Positions 24,697-35,962 of a stretch of DNA of 64,000 nt are shown in pieces. Below the pieces are notes generated by a model, which was not told the DNA's origin, did no database searches, and saw only the letters and a list, made by a program, of their open reading frames with translations. Origin of the DNA: Deinococcus sp. (lineage in GTDB: Bacteria; Deinococcota; Deinococci; Deinococcales; Deinococcaceae); the NCBI GenBank assembly GCA_965261005.1, contig OZ253375.1, positions 2,784,001-2,848,000 of the forward strand, given 5' to 3'. The position numbers were made by a program, and so were the translations under genes. How positions within the stretch are numbered: position 1 is the first letter of the stretch; each line of letters starts with the position of its first letter.

Positions 24697-27417
24697 ATGA
24701 AACTGAAGGCAGTACTCGCACTCACCGCCACGCTGACCCTTGGCGTGGCCGCCGCGCAGGGCACGGCCACCACCACGGCCACGCAGGCGCCGGCGCTGAC
24801 CGACGTTCCCGCCGGTCACTGGGCCAAGGACGCCGTTGACCGCTTGGTCAGCCAAGGCGTCATCCTGGGCTTTCCCGACGGAACCTTCCGCGGCACCCAG
24901 AATCTGACCCGCTACCAAGCGGCCGTGATCATCGCGCGCGTGCTCGACTTGATCGCGACCAACCAAGTCACGGTTCAGGTGCCCGGCCAGCCCGCCCCCG
25001 CCGGCGCGTCCATTGACCCGGCGACCCTCACCTCGTTACAGAACGCGGTGCAGGAGTTGGCCGCTGACCTCGCCGCCTTGGGCGTGCGCGTCGCCGACCT
25101 CGAAGAGAACGCCGCCACCAAGGACGACATCGCCCGCATCGAGGACCGCCTGAACAACTTGAATGTTCCCGGTGGCAACGATCAAGCCCTGACCGACTTG
25201 CAGACCGCTGTGGACGACCTCTCGGCCCGCGTGGACGAGCTGTCGGGCAACTACGACGCCCTGCGCGCCGACGTGGACGACAACGCCAGCTCGATTGCCG
25301 CCCTGAACGACCTGACCGTGCTGCTCAACCAGGACATCCTGAGCCTGCAAGACCGCGTGAGCGCGCTGGAGTCCGGCAAGGCCAACCAAAGCGACCTCGA
25401 CATCACCAACGGCCGCGTGGACCAACTGAACACCCGCGTGCAGACGCTGGAGGACCGTCCCATCCTGAGCCTGACCGGCGGCCTCACCTCGACCACGGGC
25501 AGCATTGACCTGACCTCCGGCACGACCAACTTCGATATTGACCGCATCACCAAGGGAACTCTCCTGGCCGATTCGCTGAGCGACGACGACGTGACTTCGG
25601 GCGACGCTACGGGCAACGCGGGAAGCAGCGGCTTCAAGTTCGGTCTGGGCGTCAAAAATATCAAGACGGCCAATGGCCAGTTCGTTTTGAACGATGTGGC
25701 TATTAATTTTGGCGTGAGAAATCTGTTCAATTTCGGCTTAGAGAATACGCCGGATGTTGGTGTGCTCTCTGTTGGTGATACCGTTGTCTACCTGGATTCA
25801 CTAGCGGCGACCGGCTCTGTGGCGGGCAATCCCTTCAAGGTGGGCTATAGCTCTTACAAGAGCCAATTCACATTCAATCAGTACATGTTCGACAACACCG
25901 AAACCGCGGACTACACAAAGCGCGGCGTGACGGCACAAATTGATCTAAATAGCTTTGCGTTCGCGCCATCGGTCCTGCTGGTGGCAGGTAACGGCGTTCT
26001 GGGGGACGCCGCGACCTCGGCCAGCGGCCCTTACTTCGGCGTGCGCGTATCTCTCAATCCATTCGGGATCGGCTCGCTGAGCCTGAACTACGCTCAGGGA
26101 TACGGCCTTGACGGTTACCGCAACGTCTTCGGCGCCGATCTCAAGACCAACGTTGGCCCGGTGGCCATTGACAGCGTGTACGTGCGTAGCTTGCTGGCGC
26201 CCAATGCCTTCGCCGAAGGCAATGACGCCTTCTACGTGACGGGCGCCGCGACTTTCGGCGTCGTGAACGCGGTCGCCAACTTCCGCGCCATCTCACCGTC
26301 TTACGCGCTGGGCGCCGCTGGCTTGTCGCAGGACGGCCTTGCCGACGGCAACAACACAGCGCCCTTTGTGGCGAACCAGTATGGCTTCGGCGGCGGCGCA
26401 TCCATCAACTTGGGCTTCTTGACTGCCAACGCCTACGGTGACGTCCGCAACAATTACTACAACACCGGCGTGGGTGCTACCGATTTCGGCGCTAGCGCCG
26501 GGCTGAACAACACTATCTTCGGCTTCGGGGCCAAGGCGTTCTTTAACTCCTCGCTCGGTACCGACGGCTTCACCTACGACCAGGCGCCGTTTCCGGTCAG
26601 TGCCTATGACGAGTACGACTCAGACACCAGTTCGACCGCCAAGTACCAAGGCACGATCGATGCACCTTACCGTTTTACCAGCACTGTCGGCGCAACCATC
26701 TCGCACGATGGAAACAGTCCTACCGCGCTGATTCCTAAGCTGAACTTGGCCTTTGGGTACGCCAACTTCTACAATTCGGGCGCCAACGACTTTCAGGCTT
26801 ACGGCGACTACACTGGCACCTTCGGCGTATTCACCGTGAAGCCCTTCGCTCGCTACCATTTCAACAGCGGCGGTACCGTGCGCATTGCCCCTGGCGGCAC
26901 TACGGCCGCATTACCTTACAACTCCATCAAGTTTGGCGCTGCGCTGGCTACTCAACCCTTCACCGGCATCTTCTTCTCGCCCAGCTTGGACAGCGGTATC
27001 GCTTACCGTAGGACCAGCTTTTCTGGGAATGGTGTTGATGTCAATGGGAATCCCTTCGTTGGCAACGACGCTACTGAGTTTTACGCCAAGGCAGGCGTAC
27101 TGTTTAACGACTTCCTAACGTCTGGTGTAACGCTAGGCGTCGGATATAGTTATTACAAGGCTCAAAACGTCGCTGATATGACCATAGGCACTGCCTTTGA
27201 CGTCTTCAACTCCAGCAGGGACCGTTTGGTGAGCAATCCGCCCAACACGGCGCCGTTCCAGCCGGGAGTGGGCACCCACGGCGGCACCCTCAACGGCATC
27301 TACGCCCAGGCCAATATCTACGGCGTGAAGGCTTCATACGGCATCTTCAATATTGACAGTGACCAAGGCACTGCCACCGGCCAGGGCTTCAAGCTCGGCT
27401 ACGAGGTCAAGTTCTAA
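24697..27417 (+). CDS. slpA: S-layer/outer-membrane protein SlpA (SLH domain, coiled coil, beta-barrel)
   Basis: Signal peptide; LTDVPAGHWA..GFPDGTFRGTQNLTRYQAA; coiled-coil region; aromatic alternating strands; terminal Phe. Confidence 0.88.
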   Translation: MKLKAVLALTATLTLGVAAAQGTATTTATQAPALTDVPAGHWAKDAVDRLVSQGVILGFPDGTFRGTQNLTRYQAAVIIARVLDLIATNQVTVQVPGQPAPAGASIDPATLTSLQNAVQELAADLAALGVRVADLEENAATKDDIARIEDRLNNLNVPGGNDQALTDLQTAVDDLSARVDELSGNYDALRADVDDNASSIAALNDLTVLLNQDILSLQDRVSALESGKANQSDLDITNGRVDQLNTRVQTLEDRPILSLTGGLTSTTGSIDLTSGTTNFDIDRITKGTLLADSLSDDDVTSGDATGNAGSSGFKFGLGVKNIKTANGQFVLNDVAINFGVRNLFNFGLENTPDVGVLSVGDTVVYLDSLAATGSVAGNPFKVGYSSYKSQFTFNQYMFDNTETADYTKRGVTAQIDLNSFAFAPSVLLVAGNGVLGDAATSASGPYFGVRVSLNPFGIGSLSLNYAQGYGLDGYRNVFGADLKTNVGPVAIDSVYVRSLLAPNAFAEGNDAFYVTGAATFGVVNAVANFRAISPSYALGAAGLSQDGLADGNNTAPFVANQYGFGGGASINLGFLTANAYGDVRNNYYNTGVGATDFGASAGLNNTIFGFGAKAFFNSSLGTDGFTYDQAPFPVSAYDEYDSDTSSTAKYQGTIDAPYRFTSTVGATISHDGNSPTALIPKLNLAFGYANFYNSGANDFQAYGDYTGTFGVFTVKPFARYHFNSGGTVRIAPGGTTAALPYNSIKFGAALATQPFTGIFFSPSLDSGIAYRRTSFSGNGVDVNGNPFVGNDATEFYAKAGVLFNDFLTSGVTLGVGYSYYKAQNVADMTIGTAFDVFNSSRDRLVSNPPNTAPFQPGVGTHGGTLNGIYAQANIYGVKASYGIFNIDSDQGTATGQGFKLGYEVKF

Positions 27418-27435
27418 ACGTCCTCCCTCTTCTCG

Positions 27436-27461
27436 CCCCCGCGTTTCAGCGGGGGTTTTTT
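27436..27461 (+). terminator. Terminator after slpA
   Basis: CCCCCGC-gtttca-GCGGGGG-TTTTTT. Confidence 0.75.
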
Positions 27462-27475
27462 CTTATACTTGCGTC

Positions 27476-28405
27476 ATGATCTCCGTGTTCGGCCACCTCA
27501 ACCCCGACACCGACGCCGTGACCTCGGCCGTGGTGTTCGCCAACTTTCTGAACCGCAGCGGCCTTGAGGCGCGGGCCTACCGCCTGGGGAGCTTGAACAA
27601 GGAGACGGCTTTCGTGCTGCAAAAGCTGGACCTGAACTCACCCCCCTTGCTTGAAACGCTGCCGAAGGGTGAGCGGGTGGCCCTGGTGGACCACAACGAG
27701 TCGGCCCAGTCGCTGCCGGGCCTCGCGGAGCTTGTGGTGACGCACGTCGTGGACCACCACAAGTTGGGCGACTTGCAGACCAGCGTGCCGATCTTTCTGC
27801 GCTTCGAGCCGCTAGGCTCCACCGGCACCCTTCTCGCCAAGCTGCACCGCGAGGCCAACTTGATGATCGAGCCGCAGGACGCGGCCCTGATGCTCTCGGC
27901 GATGCTCTCGGACACGCTGCACTTTCGCAGCCCCAGCACCACGCCCGAGGACCGCGAGATGGCACACTACCTGGCGCAGATCGCGGACGTGCCCGACCTC
28001 GGCGCCTACGCGGGCGAGATGTTCGCGGCCAAAAGCGACGTGGCGGATGTGCCCGCCGCGCAGCTGCTCAGGACCGACTACAAGGTGTTCGAGTTCGGCG
28101 GGCAGCCTTGGGGCCTGGGCGTGATCGAGACGACCCATCCCGCCTCGGTGCTGGCGCGTCAGGGCGAGCTGCTCGCCGCGATGGAGGCCGAGCGGCAGGA
28201 GTCCAACTTGGCCGGGGTGCTGCTGAGCGTGGTGGACATCCTGCAAGAAACCAACCGGACCCTGGTGCTGGGGGCGGCCGAGGCGGCGGCGTTGCGCGGC
28301 GCCTTTGACGCGCCCATCGAGGGCCAGCTGGCCGACTTGGGGCCGCGCATCTCGCGCAAGAAGCAGGTCGTGCCGGCGCTCGAAGCGTACTTCGAGCGCG
28401 GCTAA
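27476..28405 (+). CDS. ppaC: Manganese-dependent inorganic pyrophosphatase
   Basis: GHLNPDTD, LVDHNE, VDHHK, LSDTL, SRKKQVVP. Confidence 0.94.
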   Translation: MISVFGHLNPDTDAVTSAVVFANFLNRSGLEARAYRLGSLNKETAFVLQKLDLNSPPLLETLPKGERVALVDHNESAQSLPGLAELVVTHVVDHHKLGDLQTSVPIFLRFEPLGSTGTLLAKLHREANLMIEPQDAALMLSAMLSDTLHFRSPSTTPEDREMAHYLAQIADVPDLGAYAGEMFAAKSDVADVPAAQLLRTDYKVFEFGGQPWGLGVIETTHPASVLARQGELLAAMEAERQESNLAGVLLSVVDILQETNRTLVLGAAEAAALRGAFDAPIEGQLADLGPRISRKKQVVPALEAYFERG

Positions 28406-28417
28406 ACGGGCTACACC

Positions 28418-29671
28418 TTGTCCGAACAGACGTCGTCCGACCTCGATTGGCTCTTCGGCTTGCAGCGCTTCGGGGTCATGCCAGGGTTGGCGCGCGTGCG
28501 GGAGCTGCTGGCGCATCTAGACAACCCGCAACGGGCCTTCGAGGCCGTGCTGGTCGGGGGTACCAACGGCAAGGGCAGCGTGAGCGCCACGCTGGCGGGC
28601 ATGCTGGCCGCTTCCGGCCGGCGCGCAGGGCTGTTCACCTCGCCGCACCTGACCCGCTTTGCCGAGCGCTTCGTGGTGAACGGCGCCGAACTGCCCGCAG
28701 CCCAAGTGATGGGCGGCCTCGCGCGGGTGCGCCCGCACGCCGAGGCGACGGGTGCGAGCTTTTTCGAGGTCGTGACGGCGCTGGCCGCCTCGCTGTTCGC
28801 GGAGGCAAAAGTGGAGGTCGCCGTGATGGAGGTGGGGCTGGGCGGGCGCCTGGACGCGACCAACGCCTTCGATCCCCTGTTGAGCGTGGTCACCAACATA
28901 GGTTTGGACCACACCGAGGTGTTGGGAGGGACGTTAACCGCCATCGCCCGTGAAAAGGCGGGCATTCTACGCCCCGGTCGGCCAGCCGTCAGCGGCGCGG
29001 TCGGCGAGGCGCTGGCCGTTCTTGACGCGGGCGGGGCGGACCTGTGGGCCTTAGAGCGCGAGGCGGCGTACTCGGCCGAGTCATACGGCTGGGACGGTTG
29101 GCGGGTGCAGCTGAGCGGCCCGCTGGGTGAGGTCAATTTTGAGACGCCCTTATTGGGCGTCCACGGGGCGCGCAATGCAGCCTTGGCAGTCCTAGCCGCG
29201 CAACGCCTGGGTCTGCCCGCAGAGGCCATTCGGCGGGGGGCGGCGCGCACGGTCTGGCCGGGCCGCTTGGAGCGGATGCGTTGGCGCGGGCGTGACGTGC
29301 TGCTCGACGGCGCGCACAACGCGGAGGGCGCGCGGGCGCTGGCGGACGCCCTGCTACGGCTGGATTGGCAAAGGGCGCCGCTGGTCTTTGGTGCCGCACG
29401 GGGCAAAGACCACGCCGGCATGGTGAGCGCCCTCGAAAGCGTGGCGTCCGAAGTCGTCCTGACGCGGGCGCTGCTGTCGCCGCGCTCGGCAGACCCGGAG
29501 GAACTGCGCCCCTTGTTCTCCCTGCCCACCCAAGTCGCCGCCTCACCGGCCGAGGCGCTGAGCCTGTTGCCGCCTGGGCCAGCGCTGGTGGCAGGAAGCC
29601 TCTACCTGATCGGTGAGGTGCGGCCTTTGTTGCTGGGGGAGCCGGTTGAGGGGCGCGAGCGCTGGCAGTGA
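28418..29671 (+). CDS. folC: Folylpolyglutamate synthase/dihydrofolate synthase
   Basis: GTNGKGS, FTSPHL, EVGLGGRLDATN, WPGRLE, LDGAHN, GSLYLIGEVR. Confidence 0.94.
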   Translation: MSEQTSSDLDWLFGLQRFGVMPGLARVRELLAHLDNPQRAFEAVLVGGTNGKGSVSATLAGMLAASGRRAGLFTSPHLTRFAERFVVNGAELPAAQVMGGLARVRPHAEATGASFFEVVTALAASLFAEAKVEVAVMEVGLGGRLDATNAFDPLLSVVTNIGLDHTEVLGGTLTAIAREKAGILRPGRPAVSGAVGEALAVLDAGGADLWALEREAAYSAESYGWDGWRVQLSGPLGEVNFETPLLGVHGARNAALAVLAAQRLGLPAEAIRRGAARTVWPGRLERMRWRGRDVLLDGAHNAEGARALADALLRLDWQRAPLVFGAARGKDHAGMVSALESVASEVVLTRALLSPRSADPEELRPLFSLPTQVAASPAEALSLLPPGPALVAGSLYLIGEVRPLLLGEPVEGRERWQ

Positions 29672-29677
29672 TTCAGT

Positions 29678-29929
29678 TCAAACCGCCTGCTTGCGCTCGG
29701 CGTGGGCGATCAAGTAAGCGCGGGTGGCGTCGAGCCAGGCGCGGGCGAGGCCACTGTTGGGGTGGGCGCGTGCGCGCAAAGCCTCCTCGCTGCGGGTGAG
29801 GTGCCGCTCGACGCGCCGCAGGGCGCCCGAGCCGCCCTCGTTCTCCAACTCGATCAGGGTGTTGATGACCAGCGTGGGGTGAACCCGTCCGACCTTGATG
29901 GTGTGCGCGATAACTTCCAGTGCCCGCAT
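29678..29929 (-). CDS. Small protein divergent from ddrO (probably DdrQ-like)
   Basis: 83 aa with RBS GGAGGGG; divergent from ddrO and shares the RDRM-containing intergenic region. Confidence 0.7.
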   Translation of the reverse strand: MRALEVIAHTIKVGRVHPTLVINTLIELENEGGSGALRRVERHLTRSEEALRARAHPNSGLARAWLDATRAYLIAHAERKQAV

Positions 29930-30011
29930 AATCCCCTCCTCGAACGTTCACGAGACGTGCCCCGCGGCCCTCGCCGACCAGCTGCCACTTTACGTAAATC
30001 TCGCCCTTTGA

Positions 30012-30028
30012 TTACGATCATAACGTAT
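30012..30028. promoter_or_regulatory. RDRM (DdrO operator) candidate
   Basis: TTACG-atcataa-CGTAT versus consensus TTMYG-N7-CRKAA. Confidence 0.6.
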
Positions 30029-30060
30029 CACTACGGGCTTGGCAACAAAACCCGCGTTTA

Positions 30061-30096
30061 TTCTGTGTTGACCTAACTTCGGGACGGTGTTACACT
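30061..30096 (+). promoter_or_regulatory. ddrO promoter overlapped by an RDRM-like site
   Basis: TTCTGTGTTGACCTAAC (30061-30077) overlaps the -35 of TTGACC-17nt-TACACT. Confidence 0.65.
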
Positions 30097-30213
30097 CCGA
30101 ATAACCGTGGGGAATTCTGTGTATACCCAAGCTGGATACCTGGCCCACGTTGGCAAAGCAAGGCGCGCCTGCTCGGTTTTTGGGGGCCCTCGCCGCAGCC
30201 TGAGGAGGTGGAC

Positions 30214-30603
30214 ATGAAATTGCACGAGCGGTTGCGTGAACTTCGCAGCGAACGCGGGCTGCGGCTCAAGGATGTCGCCCAGACGGCCGCCATCAGCGTG
30301 CCGTATCTGAGCGACTTGGAGCGCGGACGGACCAACCCCAGCTTGGAAACCCTACAAACCCTCGCCGGCGCCTACGACATCACCGTGCATGACCTGTTGG
30401 AGTCGGTGGAGTTTTACGGCTCCACGACCGACGGCGCCCTGCCGAGGGGCCTCGCCGACCTGATGGCCGACCCAGTGCTGGGGCCACAGCTGACCCCGGA
30501 CTGGGTGCGCTCGCTGGCGCGCATTGAGCTGCGCGGCAAGCGCCCGCGCGACAAGGGCGACTGGTACGAGATTTTCCTGCACCTCAAGCGCATTCTGGAC
30601 TGA
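30214..30603 (+). CDS. ddrO: Radiation/desiccation response repressor DdrO (Xre HTH)
   Basis: [39 protein letters not shown], IrrE/PprI cleavage motif ELRGKR. Confidence 0.95.
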   Translation: MKLHERLRELRSERGLRLKDVAQTAAISVPYLSDLERGRTNPSLETLQTLAGAYDITVHDLLESVEFYGSTTDGALPRGLADLMADPVLGPQLTPDWVRSLARIELRGKRPRDKGDWYEIFLHLKRILD

Positions 30604-30619
30604 AGACGAAAGCTGTATA

Positions 30620-30654
30620 GAAGGGGCCGCACATGTGCGGCCCCTTCTTTTTTT
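30620..30654 (+). terminator. Terminator after ddrO
   Basis: GAAGGGGCCGCAC-at-GTGCGGCCCCTTC followed by T7. Confidence 0.85.
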
Positions 30655-31015
30655 ATACTGCTACACTGAACCGCCGTATGAGCTATCAGTGAGCCAGCGT
30701 AAAGGGGATTTATGAACTAAGTAAAGATGGGCTTATTTTTGGTAGTGACATATTCGCTGGGTCTTTGCTCACCGAGCCAGCGTGCTCGGAGAACTGGTGC
30801 GCCCTCAGAAAAACTGGACGGTGTACCCTTTCTCGGCCAAGCTCACCCACCACCGGTCTTAGCGAGAGTTGCAACGGCGTGCTCGGTGAACCGAGCGCGA
30901 ACACGGGGGTAAGCGCACTGGCACGTGCATAACTGATGAGTACGGGCGAATAGCCTCTTACGGCGCGACCAAAAGAGCCTTTGATAATCAGGTATGGGCA
31001 GCGAGGAAGGCCGAA

Positions 31016-32383
31016 ATGACGAATATTGAGGAACCGAAGAACATTTTGCCAATCGACTTACTCACCATGCCGGCGACACCGCAAGAGACGCTGCGCCGCA
31101 GACTGCTCACTCACCCCAAGGCCATGTACTACAACCGCTTCATCATCTTGGTCGTGCTGTGCAACCTGTGTCTGTTTTTGTACGGCGCAACTGTCGGCGA
31201 CTGGTGGCGTGAAAGCGACATGGCACTTCACAAGGCGGCTAAGCTCGCCCTGCTCAATATCAGCGTGGCGATTCTGCTGCGCCAGCCTCATATCATCAAC
31301 CTGCTCTTCGCACTCGCAACGGGCGCGCCCAAAAGCTGGCCCTTAGCGGTCCGGCGCCGACTTGGCAAGGTGTACCATTTTGGCGGTGCGCATGTGGGCG
31401 GCGCTCTCATGGGCACACTTTGGTTCCTTGTGTTCGTCGCTGTGTTCACGGCCGACCTCGTGCGCGGTACACCCTCTGTTCCGGTCGCAGTGACGTCCGT
31501 GTCCTACGTCATTATGGCGATCTTACTCGTGATGTGTTTTTTGGCACTTCCCAAAATGCGCGCGCGCTGGCACGATCATTTTGAGCGCTCACACCGTTTC
31601 GGTGGCTGGACCGCGCTGGCCTTGCTGTGGGTCCAGACGCTGCTGCTGCTCCGCGATTCTGCGGGCAACGCGCCGTTTGGGCACGTTCTCGTGACGGCGC
31701 CCGACTGCTGGATGCTGCTCGCCATAACCGGCAGCATTGCGCTGCCGTGGCTCTCCTTGCGCAAGGTGGCTGTCACCTTGGAAAGCCCATCGCCGCATGT
31801 GGTGCTCGTGCGCCTTCACGACGGCTCGAAGGTTTTTCCCGGCTCGACCAGCGTTATCAGCCGCCAACCCTTTTTGGAGTGGCACGCTTTCGCCAATGTG
31901 TCCGCACCAAACGAGGAAGGCGTTCGGCTGGTCATTTCCAGGGCGGGCGATTGGACTGGACAGTTCATTGACGACCTGCCCTCGCACGTGTGGATGAGAA
32001 GCATTCCGACGGCGGGCATGGCGACGGTGGCCAGTCTGTTTCACCGCGTGGTGTGGATAGCAACTGGCAGCGGCATCGGTCCGACGTTGCCGCACTTGCT
32101 CGCCGAAGGGTAAGCCTCACATCTCGTCTGGTCCACCCGTGATCCACGCGCAACTTATGGGGACGCCCTCGTGGATGAAATTCTTGAGGCACAGCCGCAC
32201 GCGCTCATTTGGGACACGAATGAGCAAGGGCGGCCCGATCTCGTCGAGTTGGCACGCGAGGCGTACATTAGCTTCGGAGCTGAGGCCGTCATTTGCATCG
32301 CCAACAAGCCGCTCACCTGGCAGGTGGTATCCGGCTTGGAGCGTTGTGGCATTCCCGCGTACGGCGCCATTTGGGATTCGTGA
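31016..32383 (+). pseudogene. Ferric-reductase/NOX-like membrane oxidoreductase interrupted by in-frame TAA (32111-32113)
   Basis: TM region with paired His (YHFGGAH, HDHFERSH), EWHAF, IATGSGIGP; same frame continues after the stop as ASHLVWSTRDPRATYGD...YGAIWDS. Confidence 0.72.
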
Positions 32384-32402
32384 GGCGGCCTTGAGGAGAA
32401 TT

Positions 32403-32957
32403 ATGAAACTGTCCGGGATGGGCCTGTTGTTGGTGGGAACGCTTTTCTTGGGTGCCTGCGCGCCAAGCGCGATGAGCGGGTCGAACGCCGCCGAGGTCAG
32501 TCCGTTGGAGGCTGTTAAAATCGCGCCCGGCAAGAGCTTACTGGTCGCCATGAAGTATCCGGCCGCCGCCCTGGAACTGGACGAAAGTATGGTTGAGGGC
32601 GCCCTTAACACGGACTTTTTTAACAACCGAGACTTCAACAACAACGTCAAGAGCTATAGCCAACGTTTGAGCTGGCTATCGGCCCAAGCGCAGGACGTGC
32701 CGACGGGCTGGAACATCTCGCTGGTCTCGGCCGACGCCTTGCGAGAAGTGCTGAACACCGAAAATTCCAGAACGTTCACTCAGGTTCATTACCGTGATTA
32801 CGTGCGCGTGGTCTACAACATCAGCGTTCCTCAAAACGCCGAGAGTGGGCGGCAATACTTGATGGTCAAATTCAAGGACCCACAGGGCCACGGCGCGACC
32901 GTGCCGGTCATCGTGGACGTGCCAGGAGCCGGGGGCAAGACCACCGCGCTCAAGTAG
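32403..32957 (+). CDS. Hypothetical lipoprotein
   Basis: RBS GAGGAG; lipobox LFLGAC. Confidence 0.75.
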   Translation: MKLSGMGLLLVGTLFLGACAPSAMSGSNAAEVSPLEAVKIAPGKSLLVAMKYPAAALELDESMVEGALNTDFFNNRDFNNNVKSYSQRLSWLSAQAQDVPTGWNISLVSADALREVLNTENSRTFTQVHYRDYVRVVYNISVPQNAESGRQYLMVKFKDPQGHGATVPVIVDVPGAGGKTTALK

Positions 32958-33857
<900 letters not shown>

Positions 33858-33898
33858 GTATACAGTTTAGCAAGCCAAAAACGCCATACAGCAACACT

Positions 33899-33943
33899 GA
33901 ATCATTATCTCCCAAAGTCGGCACTGACGTGTATTCAGCTGCA
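33899..33943. promoter_or_regulatory. Putative ARG boxes upstream of arginase
   Basis: TGAATCATTATCTC (33899-33912) and TGTATTCAGCTGCA (33930-33943). Confidence 0.45.
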
Positions 33944-34012
33944 TATACACTCAGGTCTGGCATTGAAACACGGTGCGGAATGCCTTTCCGGGGCAGGCCC
34001 TATCATGCGGGG

Positions 34013-34591
34013 ATGAACGAGCCGTCTCCCACCATCAACTTGGCCAGCTTGCTGCGCGGCGCGGGGGACGCCAGCGTGCGCGGCGAGCTGAGCGAACTGA
34101 CCTACCAGCAAAACGGCGTCGAGCAGACCCTGCGCTTCGCGCGCCCCAGCCCCTACACCGTCAACGTGAACACGCTGGGCGGCAACGATTTCTGGCTGTC
34201 CGGCCGCTTTTCGCCCAGCCTGACCCTGGAGTGCGCCCGCTGCCTGCGCCCGGTCGAGGTGCCGCTGAACCTCAAGCTGGGCACCATATTGCGCTACCAG
34301 CCGGGCGTGGAGAGGCCGCACATCGGGGAGGCCGAGAGCGGCGAGGAGGTGTTGCTGTTCGGCGCGCCCACCCTGGACCTGAGCGCCTATTTTGCTGAGA
34401 GCGCCTTGGTGGAGGGGCCGCTGAGCGTGCTGCACGACGAGGCCTGCCAAGGCTTGTGTCAGGTGTGCGGCGCCGACCTCAACGACGAAATCTGCGAACA
34501 CGCCGCCCACGTGCCGGTCGAGGCGGACGCGCCACACGCGGTCAGCTCGCCCTTCGCCGCGCTGAGTGGGCTGGACCTTCCGGATGAGTGA
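34013..34591 (+). CDS. YceD/DUF177 family protein
   Basis: ECARCL, CQGLCQVCGADLN, SPFAAL. Confidence 0.9.
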   Translation: MNEPSPTINLASLLRGAGDASVRGELSELTYQQNGVEQTLRFARPSPYTVNVNTLGGNDFWLSGRFSPSLTLECARCLRPVEVPLNLKLGTILRYQPGVERPHIGEAESGEEVLLFGAPTLDLSAYFAESALVEGPLSVLHDEACQGLCQVCGADLNDEICEHAAHVPVEADAPHAVSSPFAALSGLDLPDE

Positions 34592-34625
34592 TGGCGCAGA
34601 TGGACGGTACAAATGAGTGATACAG

Positions 34626-35111
34626 ATGAGTGATGATGCGCCCGAGTTGACCCACTTCTGGGGCGGCCAGCCGCGCATGGTGGACGTGTCGGGCAAGCCG
34701 GAAAGTGAGCGCGCCGCCACCGCCGAGGCTTGGGTCCGTTTGCCACCCGAAGCGAGGCGCGCCCTGGAGGCGGGCGGCCCCAAGGGCGACCCCTTGACGG
34801 TGGCACGCTTGGCGGCCGTGCAAGGGGCCAAGCGCGCCAGCGATCTCGTGCTGCTGTGCCACCCGCTGCCGCTGACCGGGATAGACGTGGAGGTGCGGCT
34901 GGAAGAGGGGGGCGTTCACATCGTCGCCAGCGCGCGTACTGTTGGGCGCACCGGCGTTGAGATGGAAGCCCTCGCCGCCGTCACCGTGGCGGCCCTCAAC
35001 GTCTACGACATGCTCAAGGCCGTCAGCAAGGCCATTGAGATTGATGGCGTGCGGCTGCTGGCCAAGAGCGGCGGCCGTTCGGGCGATTATCGCCGCGAGA
35101 GAACGGCGTGA
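34626..35111 (+). CDS. moaC: Cyclic pyranopterin monophosphate synthase
   Basis: [36 protein letters not shown]. Confidence 0.95.
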   Translation: MSDDAPELTHFWGGQPRMVDVSGKPESERAATAEAWVRLPPEARRALEAGGPKGDPLTVARLAAVQGAKRASDLVLLCHPLPLTGIDVEVRLEEGGVHIVASARTVGRTGVEMEALAAVTVAALNVYDMLKAVSKAIEIDGVRLLAKSGGRSGDYRRERTA

Positions 35112-35962
35112 GAATCGGTTTGCCGGACGCCCTCGGTACGGCCCACTTGCGCTTCTGGGCGCCTTACCTGGGCGACCTCGGGGCCGAGTTGGTGCGGCCC
35201 GCTTTGTCCAAGTTGGGAGCGTACGCCACCGGCCAGGAAAGCTTGGCGGGGGAGCCGCCCCAGGTGCAGCTCGCGCTGGGGCAGATTTTGGAGTTTGGTG
35301 GGGTGGACGCCGTCATCTTGCCGCGGCCGGACGGTTTGCCCGGCGATCCTTGGGGCGAGGACTTGGCCGAGGTGTTGCCGCTGCGCATCAGCAGCTTGCC
35401 CAGCCTGCTGAGCGTGCCGGATGGGGAAGGAGGGGCCGCGCGCGTGGCCGCCGAGTTGGGCGCGCGCTTGACCCACAACCCCGCCTTGGTGCAGCGCGCC
35501 TTGGAACGGCGCCGACCGCTGCTCCGGCCGGCGCGGGCCAGCATGCCGCCGTTGCGCGCCCCCGGCCAGCGCACGGTCGCCGTGCTCGGGCCGGACGCGC
35601 TGCTGGAAGACCCCTTCTTGCTGGGTGAACTGCCCGCCCAATTGGAGGCGCTCGGTTTGTACCCGGTGTACGGCCAGACATTGCCCCAGGACGCGCTGCT
35701 GGAGCGCGCCCTGCGCGTGGACGCCGCCTCGCCGGCGGAGCGCGCGCTGACCGGCGCGCAGTCGCTGCTGGAAGGCAAGGCGGCGGTGCGCGGCCTGATC
35801 TTCGCGCTGCCCGCCCGCGCGCCCGCGTGGCGCGCGGTGGCCGGGCGGCGGCTCGCAGGCGCCCACAAGCCGGCCGTGGCGCTGGACATCGCGCCCGAGC
35901 GTCGCGACTGGACGGAGTTGCACACCTTTGCGGATGGACTCTTGGTCGGAGGTCGGGTGTGA
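35108..35962 (+). CDS. Hypothetical protein, distant DUF2229/2-hydroxyacyl-CoA dehydratase-like
   Basis: [21 protein letters not shown] resembles the DUF2229 start; GTGA overlaps on both sides. Confidence 0.55.
   Translation: MRIGLPDALGTAHLRFWAPYLGDLGAELVRPALSKLGAYATGQESLAGEPPQVQLALGQILEFGGVDAVILPRPDGLPGDPWGEDLAEVLPLRISSLPSLLSVPDGEGGAARVAAELGARLTHNPALVQRALERRRPLLRPARASMPPLRAPGQRTVAVLGPDALLEDPFLLGELPAQLEALGLYPVYGQTLPQDALLERALRVDAASPAERALTGAQSLLEGKAAVRGLIFALPARAPAWRAVAGRRLAGAHKPAVALDIAPERRDWTELHTFADGLLVGGRV

Noticed and set aside
30655..31015. Short ORFs and small hairpins downstream of ddrO
   Set aside because: No recognisable motif or RBS; cannot support a gene or ncRNA
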